From Pseudomonadota bacterium (GTDB lineage: Bacteria; Myxococcota; JACRCW01; JAFGSX01), in NCBI GenBank assembly GCA_043821645.1, contig JBDRCO010000072.1, positions 1-64,000 on the forward strand: a stretch of DNA of 64,000 nt. The letters are read 5' to 3'. Under the pieces are notes generated by a model that was given only the letters and a program-made list of their open reading frames with translations, did not search any database and was not told the DNA's origin. The stretch's first letter is position 1; each line of letters starts with the position of its first letter. Positions 42,945-52,568 of the stretch are shown here, in pieces. A program made the translations under genes and the position numbers.

Positions 42945-43391
42945 ATGCCTGCCCTACTCGATACACTCCTCACCGACATCAAGACGGCCATGAAGGCCCA
43001 GGACAAAGTGCGCCTGCTGGCACTGCGGACCTTGCACTCGGAGATCAAGAACATCGGCATCAACGCCGGACGCGAGCTCACCGACGACGATGTGATCGCC
43101 GCCGTGGGCCGGGCCATCAAGCAGCGCCAGGATGCCATTGAGCAGTTCAAGGCTGGAGGACGCCAGGACCTGGTGCTCAAGGAAAGCGCAGAGATCGCGC
43201 TGTACCGCGCCTACCAGCCGGCCCAGCTCGACCGCGACGCGATCCTCGAGCTGACCCGCGCTTGCATCGCCGAGAGCGGTGCCTCGGGCAAGCAGGACCT
43301 GGGACGTGTGATGAAGCTGCTGATGCCCCAGGTCAAGGGTCGCGCCGACGGCAAGCTGGTCAACCAGATCGTGATGGAGCTGCTGGGCTGA
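42945..43391 (+). CDS. GatB/YqeY domain protein
   Basis: DIKTAMKAQDK, KQRQDAIEQF..GGRQDL, DLGRVMK, GRADGK; GGAGG SD. Confidence 0.92.
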   Translation: MPALLDTLLTDIKTAMKAQDKVRLLALRTLHSEIKNIGINAGRELTDDDVIAAVGRAIKQRQDAIEQFKAGGRQDLVLKESAEIALYRAYQPAQLDRDAILELTRACIAESGASGKQDLGRVMKLLMPQVKGRADGKLVNQIVMELLG

Positions 43392-43426
43392 CGGATTTTG
43401 CCAGCGCCTGCGACCACGCGTCCTGC

Positions 43427-44524
43427 TCAGGGTCTCGTTGTGGGTGTCGCCGGTGGAGGAGACACCACCCGCCCCACAGCGCGTTGCTCGCGAGCCCAGG
43501 CCGCGTGCTTGCGGACTTCTTGCTCAGCGCTGCGATCGAGGGGTGAGAAGCCCCAGGCCGGCTCCAGCGGCCGCGGTGGCGTACCGTCCGCCCCGGTGTC
43601 GATCTGCCAGAACAACACACCGACGATGCGCGGTGCCTTGCGCAGAGCCTGCAGCAGGGCTCGGTAGGCGCGGAGCTGGGCGTCCGCGTCGACGGGCATG
43701 GTACCGCTCGCCGGCCAGACCCAGGGCTCGCGCGCGTTGTCCGTGGTGGCCTTGTAGCCGGCCTCGATGAGCAGCACGGGGCGGGCAAACCGCGTGGCCA
43801 GGCCCGTGAGTTCCTGCACCATGGCCGCGGCCCCGAGGTCCAGTTCCCGGGGCGTGGGCCGCAGCGAGGCCGTGAGGGGGGCGAATCCATTGACCGAGAT
43901 GAAGTCGAGCTGGTCCCAGAATCGCACCTGCGCCACCTCATCCCAGTTGGCGCTGTAGGTCAGGAGCCCCGAGAAGCGAGACCGCAGGCGCCCGATGAGC
44001 GCAAAGAAGCGCGCATCGTTCGCCGGGTCGGCGGTGAGACCCTTGAGCTCGACGCCGAAGGACAGCCCGTCGACACCGGCCTGCTCGGCGCGCGTCGCCA
44101 CCTCGTCGATGAACGCGCCGTAGCCATCGAAGAACGCCCGGGCCCTGGCGGCACTGCGGCGAAGGTCGCCGCGCCAGAGATCGCCATCTATCCACAGGTG
44201 TGGGACCACCAGAACCTGCAGACCTCGACGGTGCGCGTGGTCGGTCAGGCGCCTGAGCTGTGCGGCATCCGGCAGCGCCGGCGCCCGCGGGGAATCGTCA
44301 TCGAGGCCACGCAGGCGTGCCGCCAGCACCAGGGCCACGCAGCTGGCTCCGGTGTCGGCCAGGCGATCCAGGCGCGCGAGCACTGCCTGGCTGCCAAAGC
44401 CTCGCCCCTCCTCGTTCTCGACCAGGTTGAAGCCCACGGCCGGCACGGCGAGCTGGCGAGGAGCGAACACGGGTGTGGTGGGCACCAGCAAGGCGACGGC
44501 GCTCAGGATCAGGCCCCGCGTCAA
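43427..44524 (-). CDS. Secreted glycoside hydrolase, GH113-like TIM barrel
   Basis: VPHLW...WRG, FGVEL, LTYSANWDE, FWDQLDFISVNGF.PL, LIEAGY, GVLFW. Confidence 0.78.
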   Translation of the reverse strand: MTRGLILSAVALLVPTTPVFAPRQLAVPAVGFNLVENEEGRGFGSQAVLARLDRLADTGASCVALVLAARLRGLDDDSPRAPALPDAAQLRRLTDHAHRRGLQVLVVPHLWIDGDLWRGDLRRSAARARAFFDGYGAFIDEVATRAEQAGVDGLSFGVELKGLTADPANDARFFALIGRLRSRFSGLLTYSANWDEVAQVRFWDQLDFISVNGFAPLTASLRPTPRELDLGAAAMVQELTGLATRFARPVLLIEAGYKATTDNAREPWVWPASGTMPVDADAQLRAYRALLQALRKAPRIVGVLFWQIDTGADGTPPRPLEPAWGFSPLDRSAEQEVRKHAAWAREQRAVGRVVSPPPATPTTRP

Positions 44525-45207
44525 CGCGGGACCTGGATACGCATGTCCTTGATGATGGAGTCCTTGAGCTTGTCCACGATGTCCTCGATTTTGCGACGCT
44601 GGCGCTGGTTTCCGAACTGGAACTTGACGCCCATTCCACGCCTCGCCCCGCTCTTCGAGGCCCAGGCCACGGTGCCGCGCAGGCGCAGCCCCATCAGATA
44701 GCCCGGAGGTTTGAGCTTGAGCTCCAGCTCGGTCCCCACGTCGAGGACGTTGTCGGTGGCGATGAACACGCCGCCAACGGACAGGTCATCTGCCATGTCC
44801 GACAGGAAGCGAGAATCCGAGGCATACGAGATGCTCAGGGCCACAGGCAGCCGGTGCGAGGCCCGAACCGTGAAGTCCACCTCGCGACCGCGCGCGAAGT
44901 CCAGCACGAGATCGCGGGCCTGGCGCTCGCCGTCGTCGAACTCGACGCCTATGCCCGGAGGCATGGAGCTGCGACCGCTGCGTACGCGGCGCCAACGCAC
45001 CGAACCCTTGAGGCGAAAGGCCTTTTGCTCCTCGAGAAAATTGATCTCGATGTAGAGCATCTCGCCGACATCGAAGGCCACCTCGCCCTGCACGAACACA
45101 CCGTCGGCACCGTCGCGGTGGTAGTACACCTCGAACAGCTGGTGGCGGTTGCGCAGGGGAACGAGCAGCGTCGGGATCTGTGTCGTCATCTGGACCGGCC
45201 GGCTCAA
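44521..45207 (-). CDS. Tandem PilZ-domain protein (TIGR02266-like); start could be 45190
   Basis: Two PilZ-like halves (GSVRWRR...GIGVEF; RASHR, DDLSVGGVFI, GTVAW, GMGVKF). Confidence 0.85.
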   Translation of the reverse strand: MSRPVQMTTQIPTLLVPLRNRHQLFEVYYHRDGADGVFVQGEVAFDVGEMLYIEINFLEEQKAFRLKGSVRWRRVRSGRSSMPPGIGVEFDDGERQARDLVLDFARGREVDFTVRASHRLPVALSISYASDSRFLSDMADDLSVGGVFIATDNVLDVGTELELKLKPPGYLMGLRLRGTVAWASKSGARRGMGVKFQFGNQRQRRKIEDIVDKLKDSIIKDMRIQVPR

Positions 45208-47180
45208 GGAAGCAGCGGCCGCAGGAACAACAGTAGGCGGCTCGCCAGCAAGCGTCGGGCATCCACGCGAGGGGCCGCGCTGGCCACGTAGGCCACGCTC
45301 GGCGTCACGGCCACGGCGGTATCGAAACCAAAGGCACCCTCGGCGAGCAGGCGCTCCCGGCGCCAGGTCCCGGTCTGGGCGTCGCGCCGGGCCATGGCGA
45401 GGTCCATGAACGAGGCGTCCTGGTACACGACCACCGCGGATCCATCGGGCAGGTAGCCCATGGCTGCGTCCGCACCCACGAAGGACACACCCGGTGGGTG
45501 AGCCGCGCCGTCCTCGATCACCTCGAAGCCGCCCCCGTGCAGGTCGACACCGCGGTAGAAGCGCAGGGTATGGCGCGTCACATCCTCGTAGGCCACGCCC
45601 AGGGTGTTGCTGACGCCGTCGAAGGCCACGGAGGCGAAGCGCCCGACGTCACCACCGTGGCGACCATCCACGCCGTCGCCGTTGATGACCACAGGCGCCT
45701 GTGGCCCCGTGGCCGAGATGCGGGCGCCGCGCAGGTCCCCGCGCAAGCCATCGTAGTACACGACCACGTCGTCCGTGGCGGTCCGGATGAGGCTCGCAAA
45801 CAGGCCCACACCGCGGGGCAGACCGGCCAGATCCGGTGGCAGCGTGGCCTTGCACCTCGGGTTCCCGCCGTCGTCGACACAGGACTGACCGCTGGCACAA
45901 CCGGGCTGGCAGTCGCTCCGCGGTTGACCGCAACCCGGCGCACCATTCTCCAGCACGCATACCCGGCTGGCGCCGCAGCTGTCGTCGCAGGGATCGCGGA
46001 CCTCGGCGGTCTCGACGGTGCTCAGCTGCCAGTCGGCACTGCTCTGCGGGTGCTCGTTGCGGGACGTTGCCACGCGCAGGGCCGTGGCGGCGTGGCCATT
46101 GAGCGTCAGGCCGCTGACCATGTAGGCCACGCGCAGGCGTCCGCTGACAGGATCCAGCACCATGGAGGCGTAGCGTCCTGCGTCGCGCTCGGCGTCGACC
46201 ACGTGGACGGACCAGCCCCCCGAGGCCAGGTCGAACAGGGCCATGCGCAGGTCGCCGTTGTCCTGATCGTAGTAGGCCACCCGCGGCTCGCCGCGGCCGT
46301 TGACCACCAACGAGGTGTACAGGCCCACATCAGGGCCGGGTGTGATGATGCCGCGACGCGGGCCATTGGGATCGCCGCCGAGTTCGCCGGTGGCGGGCAC
46401 GCCGTCGACGTAGGAGAGCCACTTGAGATCGGCCTGGCTGGTGTAGTGTGCCACCACCAGATCCCCGAAGGTCTCGTCATAGGCAGAGACCAGCACCTCG
46501 CCGGCCCCCACGGCCACCGACGCGAAGCGCCCGACCACGCCAGGTTGCAGCGGTGGCAGCGAGGCGCAGTGGCAAATTACCGGGCAGCAGATGTCCCCGG
46601 TCATGACATCGGGATTCTCCAGCACCAGCAGCTGACCCGGCGCACAGCTGAGGCCACTGCAGCCCTTCTGTTTGTCGACGGGATGGCAGCGATTGCTGCC
46701 GACCTCACACACCTGGCCGTCGGGGCAGGTGCCGCTGCACGGCGCCCGCGCCACGCACCAGTTCTTGAAACAGGAGGCGCCGGGCGCACACTCGTCGTCG
46801 CGACGGCAGGCTTGGTAGCGGCAGACTCCCGCGGTGGCGCCGCTCTCCCGGACGCAGTACAGCGCTGGATCGTGCAGCCGATCCAGGCAGTCGATGTCGG
46901 TCTGGCACTCGTACTCGAGCAGGATGGTATTGGCCTGGCAGGCGTTCGAGGCCACGTTGCAGTAGGTCCCCGGGCAGCACTCGGCATCGTCCTCGCAGTA
47001 GGTCGACACGCAGGTGCCGTAGCGGTAGGCCTGGTTGGTCTTGCAGCTGGTGGCCAGGTCACAGGTGGCCTTGGGGATCTCGACCAGATCGTCCTCGCAG
47101 TCGCAGCCACCCGCCGCCGCGATCGCGAACAACATCGAGGACAGGCCGAGCCGGAGGGTCGTCTTGGTCACGCGTCGCAT
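45204..47180 (-). CDS. Lipoprotein with a Cys-rich N-terminus and a probable 7-bladed beta-propeller
   Basis: AAAGGC lipobox; Cys-rich repeats; seven G(R/L)(F/Y)(A/T)S-type blade motifs; Cys-rich insert between blades. Confidence 0.72.
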   Translation of the reverse strand: MRRVTKTTLRLGLSSMLFAIAAAGGCDCEDDLVEIPKATCDLATSCKTNQAYRYGTCVSTYCEDDAECCPGTYCNVASNACQANTILLEYECQTDIDCLDRLHDPALYCVRESGATAGVCRYQACRRDDECAPGASCFKNWCVARAPCSGTCPDGQVCEVGSNRCHPVDKQKGCSGLSCAPGQLLVLENPDVMTGDICCPVICHCASLPPLQPGVVGRFASVAVGAGEVLVSAYDETFGDLVVAHYTSQADLKWLSYVDGVPATGELGGDPNGPRRGIITPGPDVGLYTSLVVNGRGEPRVAYYDQDNGDLRMALFDLASGGWSVHVVDAERDAGRYASMVLDPVSGRLRVAYMVSGLTLNGHAATALRVATSRNEHPQSSADWQLSTVETAEVRDPCDDSCGASRVCVLENGAPGCGQPRSDCQPGCASGQSCVDDGGNPRCKATLPPDLAGLPRGVGLFASLIRTATDDVVVYYDGLRGDLRGARISATGPQAPVVINGDGVDGRHGGDVGRFASVAFDGVSNTLGVAYEDVTRHTLRFYRGVDLHGGGFEVIEDGAAHPPGVSFVGADAAMGYLPDGSAVVVYQDASFMDLAMARRDAQTGTWRRERLLAEGAFGFDTAVAVTPSVAYVASAAPRVDARRLLASRLLLFLRPLLP

Positions 47181-47332
47181 GGCATCCCACCCTGCAATAT
47201 CGCAGGCACTTCCATGATCCATGGGCAGGCTAACACAGGAGCTGCGGGATCAGCCAGCCAAGCCGGGCAGGACACGGGGCTTCGTGGCGCCCTGAAGTCG
47301 TAGAATCCGGGACAGGGTCGGGGACCGGGTCG

Positions 47333-50300
47333 TCAGTAGGCGCAGGAGAGCCCACCGACGGCGCCGCAGGCGTTGGCGCGGGTCGGAGCGACGATGCCCG
47401 TGCACCCGGCGCCCTCCCACTGGAAGTCGCGAACGAACCACCAGTCTCCCGGATGCATGGTCGGGCTGTTGACCATGGTCGTCTGTTGGCCGCTCGCTGT
47501 CTTGCAGTACATGCGAACCTTGACTGTGGTGTCCGCGCCACCATCAGAGCCGAAGTAATGCACGGCCACCGTGTAGCGCTGGTTATTGCCCAGAGGAATG
47601 GCCCTGCTGGGCACCGGCACGGAGATGCTCTCGGGGGTGCACACCGTGCGCGAACCGTCAGCATAGCAGCCACGTCTGTTGTCGACGTCGAGGGTGGGGT
47701 CCTCATTGCCGTAGGTCGCGACTCCCCAGTTCGTGGGAAATGTCGGTAATACACATGCAGCCTGCCCAGGCACCACCACCTTGCAGGCGTTGCAGCCGGA
47801 CCAGTGGCAGTCCCGCAGAGCGGTCGCGGCGTTGCTTCCATAGCTGTCGCAGATCCAGTAGGGCACCTCGTTGTCGATGACGGTGTCGTCGCCGTAGGGG
47901 CACCACCAGTTGGTCCCGTAGTAGTAGTTCTGTTCGGCGTAGTCCCAGGCGTGGCCCCAAGCCCAGCTGCCACCAACCGGGCCCAGCAAGTGCAGGTCCA
48001 TATCCACATTGCTCGCCGACATGATCATGGTGACGTTGAGCTCATCTGTCGGAGGCGGAATGTTGATCGCGTACGGGCAGACCTGGTCGGGTACCGTCGG
48101 ATCGGGATGCGACATGGTGAGCCGCAACGTGTAGTCGCCAAACAGCACGGGCTCGAAGGTCACGGCGTTGGTCGACACACCTGACAGGGCCAGGCTCGAA
48201 TTCCCACCCGCTGGGTCACTGATCAGCGACCACGACATCCGGAGGTTGGCGTCGTCGCTGTCGATCGCCACCGGCACGGTCAGGGTCACGGGCTCGAAAA
48301 GCACCGGCGGCACCGGCGCGTGCGACTTGGCCGCGCAGTTCATGGTCGACAGGCCCTCGTCGATGTAGCCGTCGCAATCGTTATCGATGCCGTCGTTGCT
48401 CTCGCTGAGGGCGCGGTTGCGCAGAGCATTGCTATCCGCACAGTCGTCGTCGCTGCCATAGGTACCGCCCTGCCAGATATCGTCGGCACCGCACTTGGGC
48501 GTGGCGTCACCGTCGACGTTGATGCGGTCCTGGATGCAGTGCAGCGTGTTGTCGCAGCGTGGGTTGGTGAAGCACTCGCTGTTGGTGAGCGCGCACACCG
48601 GCGGGTTGCGAGTCTTGCAGCCCCCGGTCTGGGCATTGGTGTCGCAGTAGGCCTCGCCCTGGCACCAGGTCGCCGTGCAGCGCTCGTCGTGGGCCACCAC
48701 CTGGGCCGCGCCTCCGCTGCAGATGTGATCGGTGCAGGCGAGCGTGTCCTGGGGCGGGGTCTCGAGGTCGTTGGCCGCCCACGAGATCCCGCTGGCGGTG
48801 CACACGTCGCTTCGACAGTCGGTGGTCGAGGCCTGGGGCGGCGTCTCGGCGTCTGTCCACTCTGACACCGGGCTGCCGCTGAGGCAGATCTCGCGCTTGC
48901 AGTCGTCTGCGGCGTTCTGGGGCGGGGTCTCGGAGTCGTTGTTGGCCAGGCCGACGGTGCCATTGGCACTGCACACCTGGCGCTTGCAGTCGTCCGTCGC
49001 GGTCTGCGGCGGCACCTCGGTGCTGTCGGGGATCCAGTCCAGTCCCCCCAGGCACACGTCGGTGTGGCAGTCGGTGGCCGAGGCCTGGGGTGGAGTCTCG
49101 CCGTCGTTGTCGATGGAGGTGACGACACCGCCCAGGCAGATCTCCACCTTGCAGTCGTCGGGTGCGAGCTGAGGAGGTGTCTCGCCGTCGTCATCGACCG
49201 TGGCCGGGGCACCGCCCTGGCAGACCTGGCGCTTGCAGTCGTTGTTCGCCACCTGGGGCAAACTCTCGGCGTTGTCCGCCTGCGATATCACCGAGCCGCC
49301 CTGACAGATCTCGCGCTTGCAGTCCTGGCTCGAGATCTGCGGCGGGGACTCGGTGTCGTCGGCGACCGTGCGAATGGCGCCGGTGTCGCAGATCTGCTTG
49401 TAGCAGTCGGTGCTGGAGCCCTGAGGGGGCAGCAGGGTGTTGTCGTTGAAGTTGATGCAGCCGTTGGCCGTGCACTGGTCATTGGTGCAGGCGTTGTTGT
49501 CGGCGCAGGAGGCGTGGTTGTACTGCACGTTGAGGTTGCCGGCCTGGCAGGTGACCTGGGTGCAGGCGATACCGTCGTCGGAAGGCAGATCGCCGTCGTT
49601 GGGGGTCTGCACCACGTGACCGGCCGAGCACACCGCGGTGCGACAGTCGCCGGCGAGCTGGGGAGGCAGGGTGGCGTCGTTGGCCTCGTTCTGGCAGCCC
49701 AGGGTTCCGTCGCACCGATCGTTGGTGCACAGTTCGCCGTCGTCGCACGCGCTGTCGTCGGGTTCGTGGACCACGCGGTCCGTCCCCTCGTCGCAGCGGT
49801 CCACGGTGCAGGCGATGCGATCGTCGAGCACCGGAACGTCCTCGATCAGGCAACCCAGGGTGATGCTGCAGACGTCGCGACCCGTGCACCACAGGGCATC
49901 GTCGCAGTCGACGTCCTCGCGGCAGCCGGCGTGACGCACGCACACATTGTCGACGCAGGCCTGGTCCGCGGGGCAGTCGTCGTGGTCGGCGCAGACGCCG
50001 TTGCGCTCGCAGACCCCGGCCTGGCAGTGCTGGTCGATGGGACAGTCATTGTTGCCGGTGCAGGGGTCATTGCGCTCGCACACGCCGCTGTCGCCGCAGT
50101 GCTGATCGATGGGGCAGTCGCCGTTGTCCGTGCAGGCGTCGTTGCGACTGCACACCCCGTCGATGCAGGCCTGGGTCAGGGGGCAGTCACCGTCGTCCTG
50201 GCAGGTGGTGTTGCGCTCGCACAATCCAGCGTCGCCACAGTGCTGATCGTCCGGGCACTGGTCGTCGCCAGTGCACGCGGGGTTGTGCACGCAGGCCCCG

Positions 50301-50644
50301 TCCTCGCAGTGGGCCTCGGGCGGGCAGGTCGTGTCGTCGCTGCACGCTCCCATGCGCGTGCAGCGTCCATCGACACAGGTCTGGTCCGGTGGGCAATCCG
50401 CGGCCTCGGTGCAGGCGTCGTTGGCCACGCAGAAACCACCCTGGCAACTCTGGTCAGACGCGCAGTCCTCGCTCGTCGAGCAGTCGGTGACCACGCGACA
50501 GGCGCTGTCGATGCAGCGCATGCCGTCCCCGCAATCGCCGTCCTCCAGACAGGCCGCGCCCTCCTCCAGACTGGTGACCAGCGAGGACCGTGCGCACCCT
50601 GCCCCGAACACCAGCGAGACCAGGAACGCGACATGCCATCTCAT
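47333..50644 (-). CDS. Large Cys-rich lipoprotein (1103 aa): tandem Cys repeats, metal-binding motif, Ig-like domain, C-terminal YfaP/DUF2135-like domain
   Basis: FGAGC lipobox; 9 x CxxxxxCxxxxxCxxxxC repeats; about 10 PPQ..DC...C repeats; DGIDNDCDGYIDE; DMDLHL...LDVDN...PESI...YTVAVHYF. Confidence 0.8.
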   Translation of the reverse strand: MRWHVAFLVSLVFGAGCARSSLVTSLEEGAACLEDGDCGDGMRCIDSACRVVTDCSTSEDCASDQSCQGGFCVANDACTEAADCPPDQTCVDGRCTRMGACSDDTTCPPEAHCEDGACVHNPACTGDDQCPDDQHCGDAGLCERNTTCQDDGDCPLTQACIDGVCSRNDACTDNGDCPIDQHCGDSGVCERNDPCTGNNDCPIDQHCQAGVCERNGVCADHDDCPADQACVDNVCVRHAGCREDVDCDDALWCTGRDVCSITLGCLIEDVPVLDDRIACTVDRCDEGTDRVVHEPDDSACDDGELCTNDRCDGTLGCQNEANDATLPPQLAGDCRTAVCSAGHVVQTPNDGDLPSDDGIACTQVTCQAGNLNVQYNHASCADNNACTNDQCTANGCINFNDNTLLPPQGSSTDCYKQICDTGAIRTVADDTESPPQISSQDCKREICQGGSVISQADNAESLPQVANNDCKRQVCQGGAPATVDDDGETPPQLAPDDCKVEICLGGVVTSIDNDGETPPQASATDCHTDVCLGGLDWIPDSTEVPPQTATDDCKRQVCSANGTVGLANNDSETPPQNAADDCKREICLSGSPVSEWTDAETPPQASTTDCRSDVCTASGISWAANDLETPPQDTLACTDHICSGGAAQVVAHDERCTATWCQGEAYCDTNAQTGGCKTRNPPVCALTNSECFTNPRCDNTLHCIQDRINVDGDATPKCGADDIWQGGTYGSDDDCADSNALRNRALSESNDGIDNDCDGYIDEGLSTMNCAAKSHAPVPPVLFEPVTLTVPVAIDSDDANLRMSWSLISDPAGGNSSLALSGVSTNAVTFEPVLFGDYTLRLTMSHPDPTVPDQVCPYAINIPPPTDELNVTMIMSASNVDMDLHLLGPVGGSWAWGHAWDYAEQNYYYGTNWWCPYGDDTVIDNEVPYWICDSYGSNAATALRDCHWSGCNACKVVVPGQAACVLPTFPTNWGVATYGNEDPTLDVDNRRGCYADGSRTVCTPESISVPVPSRAIPLGNNQRYTVAVHYFGSDGGADTTVKVRMYCKTASGQQTTMVNSPTMHPGDWWFVRDFQWEGAGCTGIVAPTRANACGAVGGLSCAY

Positions 50645-50809
50645 GAGTCACCTCTGCCATTGATCTTGGACCGTCCACACCTTATCGGCCTGCGGTCGCA
50701 CCCGGTTGTGCCGCGACCCGGTCCCGGTCCGGTCCAGCATGTGCCTGGAATTTTAATGGCTTTGCGCAGGATCCGCCAATAAGCCAGGAATCTTGCCTCA
50801 GCTGCCCGA

Positions 50810-52213
50810 TCACTTTCCCTGAGCGGTGGGCGCCCCGGGGCCCAGCACGAGCAAGCGTTCGGAGGCGAGCCGCACCAGGGGATCGACCATGGGATCGCTG
50901 GTGGGACCCAGGGCCACCCCGGAGTCCGACAGCACCACATCTGGGTCCAGGGGGTGATCCAGGGGCTTTCCCGAGGGAGACAGGTAGCGTGCCGTGGTCA
51001 CCTTGGCGACCGCGCCGTCGCTGAAGCGCAGGAACTGCTGTACCGAGCCCTTGCCGAAGGTGGTTTGCCCCAGCAGCGCGGCACCGCGCCGCTCGCGCAG
51101 GGCCTGGGCGATGAGCTCGGCGGCGCTGGCGGTGTCATGGTCCACCAGAACCACCAGGGGCACGTGGGAGCAGGGGCCCGCGGCCTTGACCACGAGATGT
51201 CCGAGGTCGCGCTGCCCCCGGCCCTCGAGGTGGGCCACGGGGCCGGGCTCCAGGAACAGGCCCGCGAAGTTCTCGGCCTCATCGACGCGTCCACCTTCGT
51301 TGCCACGCAGGTCCAGCACCACACCCTGCCGCCTGTCACAGGCAAGGTGCGGAGCCAGTTCCTGGGTCGTGTGCGCGGTCATGGGACCGGGCCTCACATA
51401 CAGAACCTTGCCCTGGGCCAGCTCGCGCACCCAGGGACGTGCCGCTGGGCGCTCCTCGCGCATCAGGTCGACGGTGAGATCGACCCCACTACGCCGGGTG
51501 ACGCCGACGCGGGTCCGGCTGCCGCACGGACCAGAAAGCAGGGCGTAGATCTCCGCGGCATCCATGCCACGGCAGGGCTTGCCGTCGACGGAGCGCACCC
51601 TGTCTCCGCGCTCGATGCCACCCACGTAGGCGGGCGAGCCTGGGCGCACATGGCGTACCATCCCCTCCTGGCCACATTCGAGGGCAATGCCGACGTCGGC
51701 AGGCGTCTGATCGGGTTCGTACGACAGGCGCTGCACCATGTCCCGGGTCAGGTAGACCGTGTAGCAGTTGCCCATGCCCTGCACGGCGCCCCGCAGCGCA
51801 GACTCCACCAGACGTTCCCGCGGAACCCGGGTCGCGCCGTGGAGTGCATCCGCCGCCTTGAGGATCCCGACCATCACCTCGTCCAGTTCGGTGGGATGGG
51901 GCAGCGAGGCGACGGTCTGCCGTCCCACGCGGATGCGGTATCGCTCGCGGTGTGAGCTGGCGTCGAAGTCGGCGCGCGGGACCTGCTGCACCATGGCCAC
52001 CAGCGCTCCGCGCAGCATGCCGTCGACGTCGGGGGGGGTGTAGTAGATCGCCGTGACGCCCGACAGGACCTCCTCGATCTGGGCCCAGGTGTCATCCTCG
52101 GCGCGGGAGGCCTGCCCGGCACCCTGCGCGCCCGCAAGGGCCAGCGCGGCAAGCACGACCGCGGCTCTTGGCGCTCGCTGCACCCGTGCTCTGTGAAGGC
52201 TCGTCTGCCGCAC
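50810..52213 (-). CDS. S41A carboxy-terminal processing protease with a PDZ domain
   Basis: PGSPA..GGI..GDRV (PDZ), LDLRGNEGG, TASAAE (Ser), TFGKGSVQ (Lys), TTARYLSPSG; start uncertain. Confidence 0.88.
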   Translation of the reverse strand: MRQTSLHRARVQRAPRAAVVLAALALAGAQGAGQASRAEDDTWAQIEEVLSGVTAIYYTPPDVDGMLRGALVAMVQQVPRADFDASSHRERYRIRVGRQTVASLPHPTELDEVMVGILKAADALHGATRVPRERLVESALRGAVQGMGNCYTVYLTRDMVQRLSYEPDQTPADVGIALECGQEGMVRHVRPGSPAYVGGIERGDRVRSVDGKPCRGMDAAEIYALLSGPCGSRTRVGVTRRSGVDLTVDLMREERPAARPWVRELAQGKVLYVRPGPMTAHTTQELAPHLACDRRQGVVLDLRGNEGGRVDEAENFAGLFLEPGPVAHLEGRGQRDLGHLVVKAAGPCSHVPLVVLVDHDTASAAELIAQALRERRGAALLGQTTFGKGSVQQFLRFSDGAVAKVTTARYLSPSGKPLDHPLDPDVVLSDSGVALGPTSDPMVDPLVRLASERLLVLGPGAPTAQGK

Positions 52214-52568
52214 CTGCTGCTCTCCCGGGTGTCGCCGGAATTATGCTGCCCCCCGGTGGCCCGACGCCGCGCGGCCCGCGTGCGCGCGATGCAGTATGCC
52301 ACGACCGTGAGACGGTCGACAGACCACAGGTGTTCAAGATCGACATTTCTGGCCGGTGCGGGCGCTCCGTTCTATATTGCGACTCGCGGCGGCCCCGGGA
52401 TGGGTTCGCACGCGGCAGTGCACGGATGGTGCACCCGAAAGGTACGCGCGAGGCGACCCGGGAGAGATGGCCAGGGTCCGTCCTTGACACCTGGGAGCGG
52501 AGCGCCGATCTGTTACACTGTGTGAGGGACCCCGGCGGTGCCCTTCGCGCGAGACAGGAGCCGGACAC

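Noticed and set aside
52484-52519. TTGACA paired with TACACT as the clpX promoter
   Set aside because: The 24-nt spacer is too long; only the extended -10 (TGTTACACT) is plausible.
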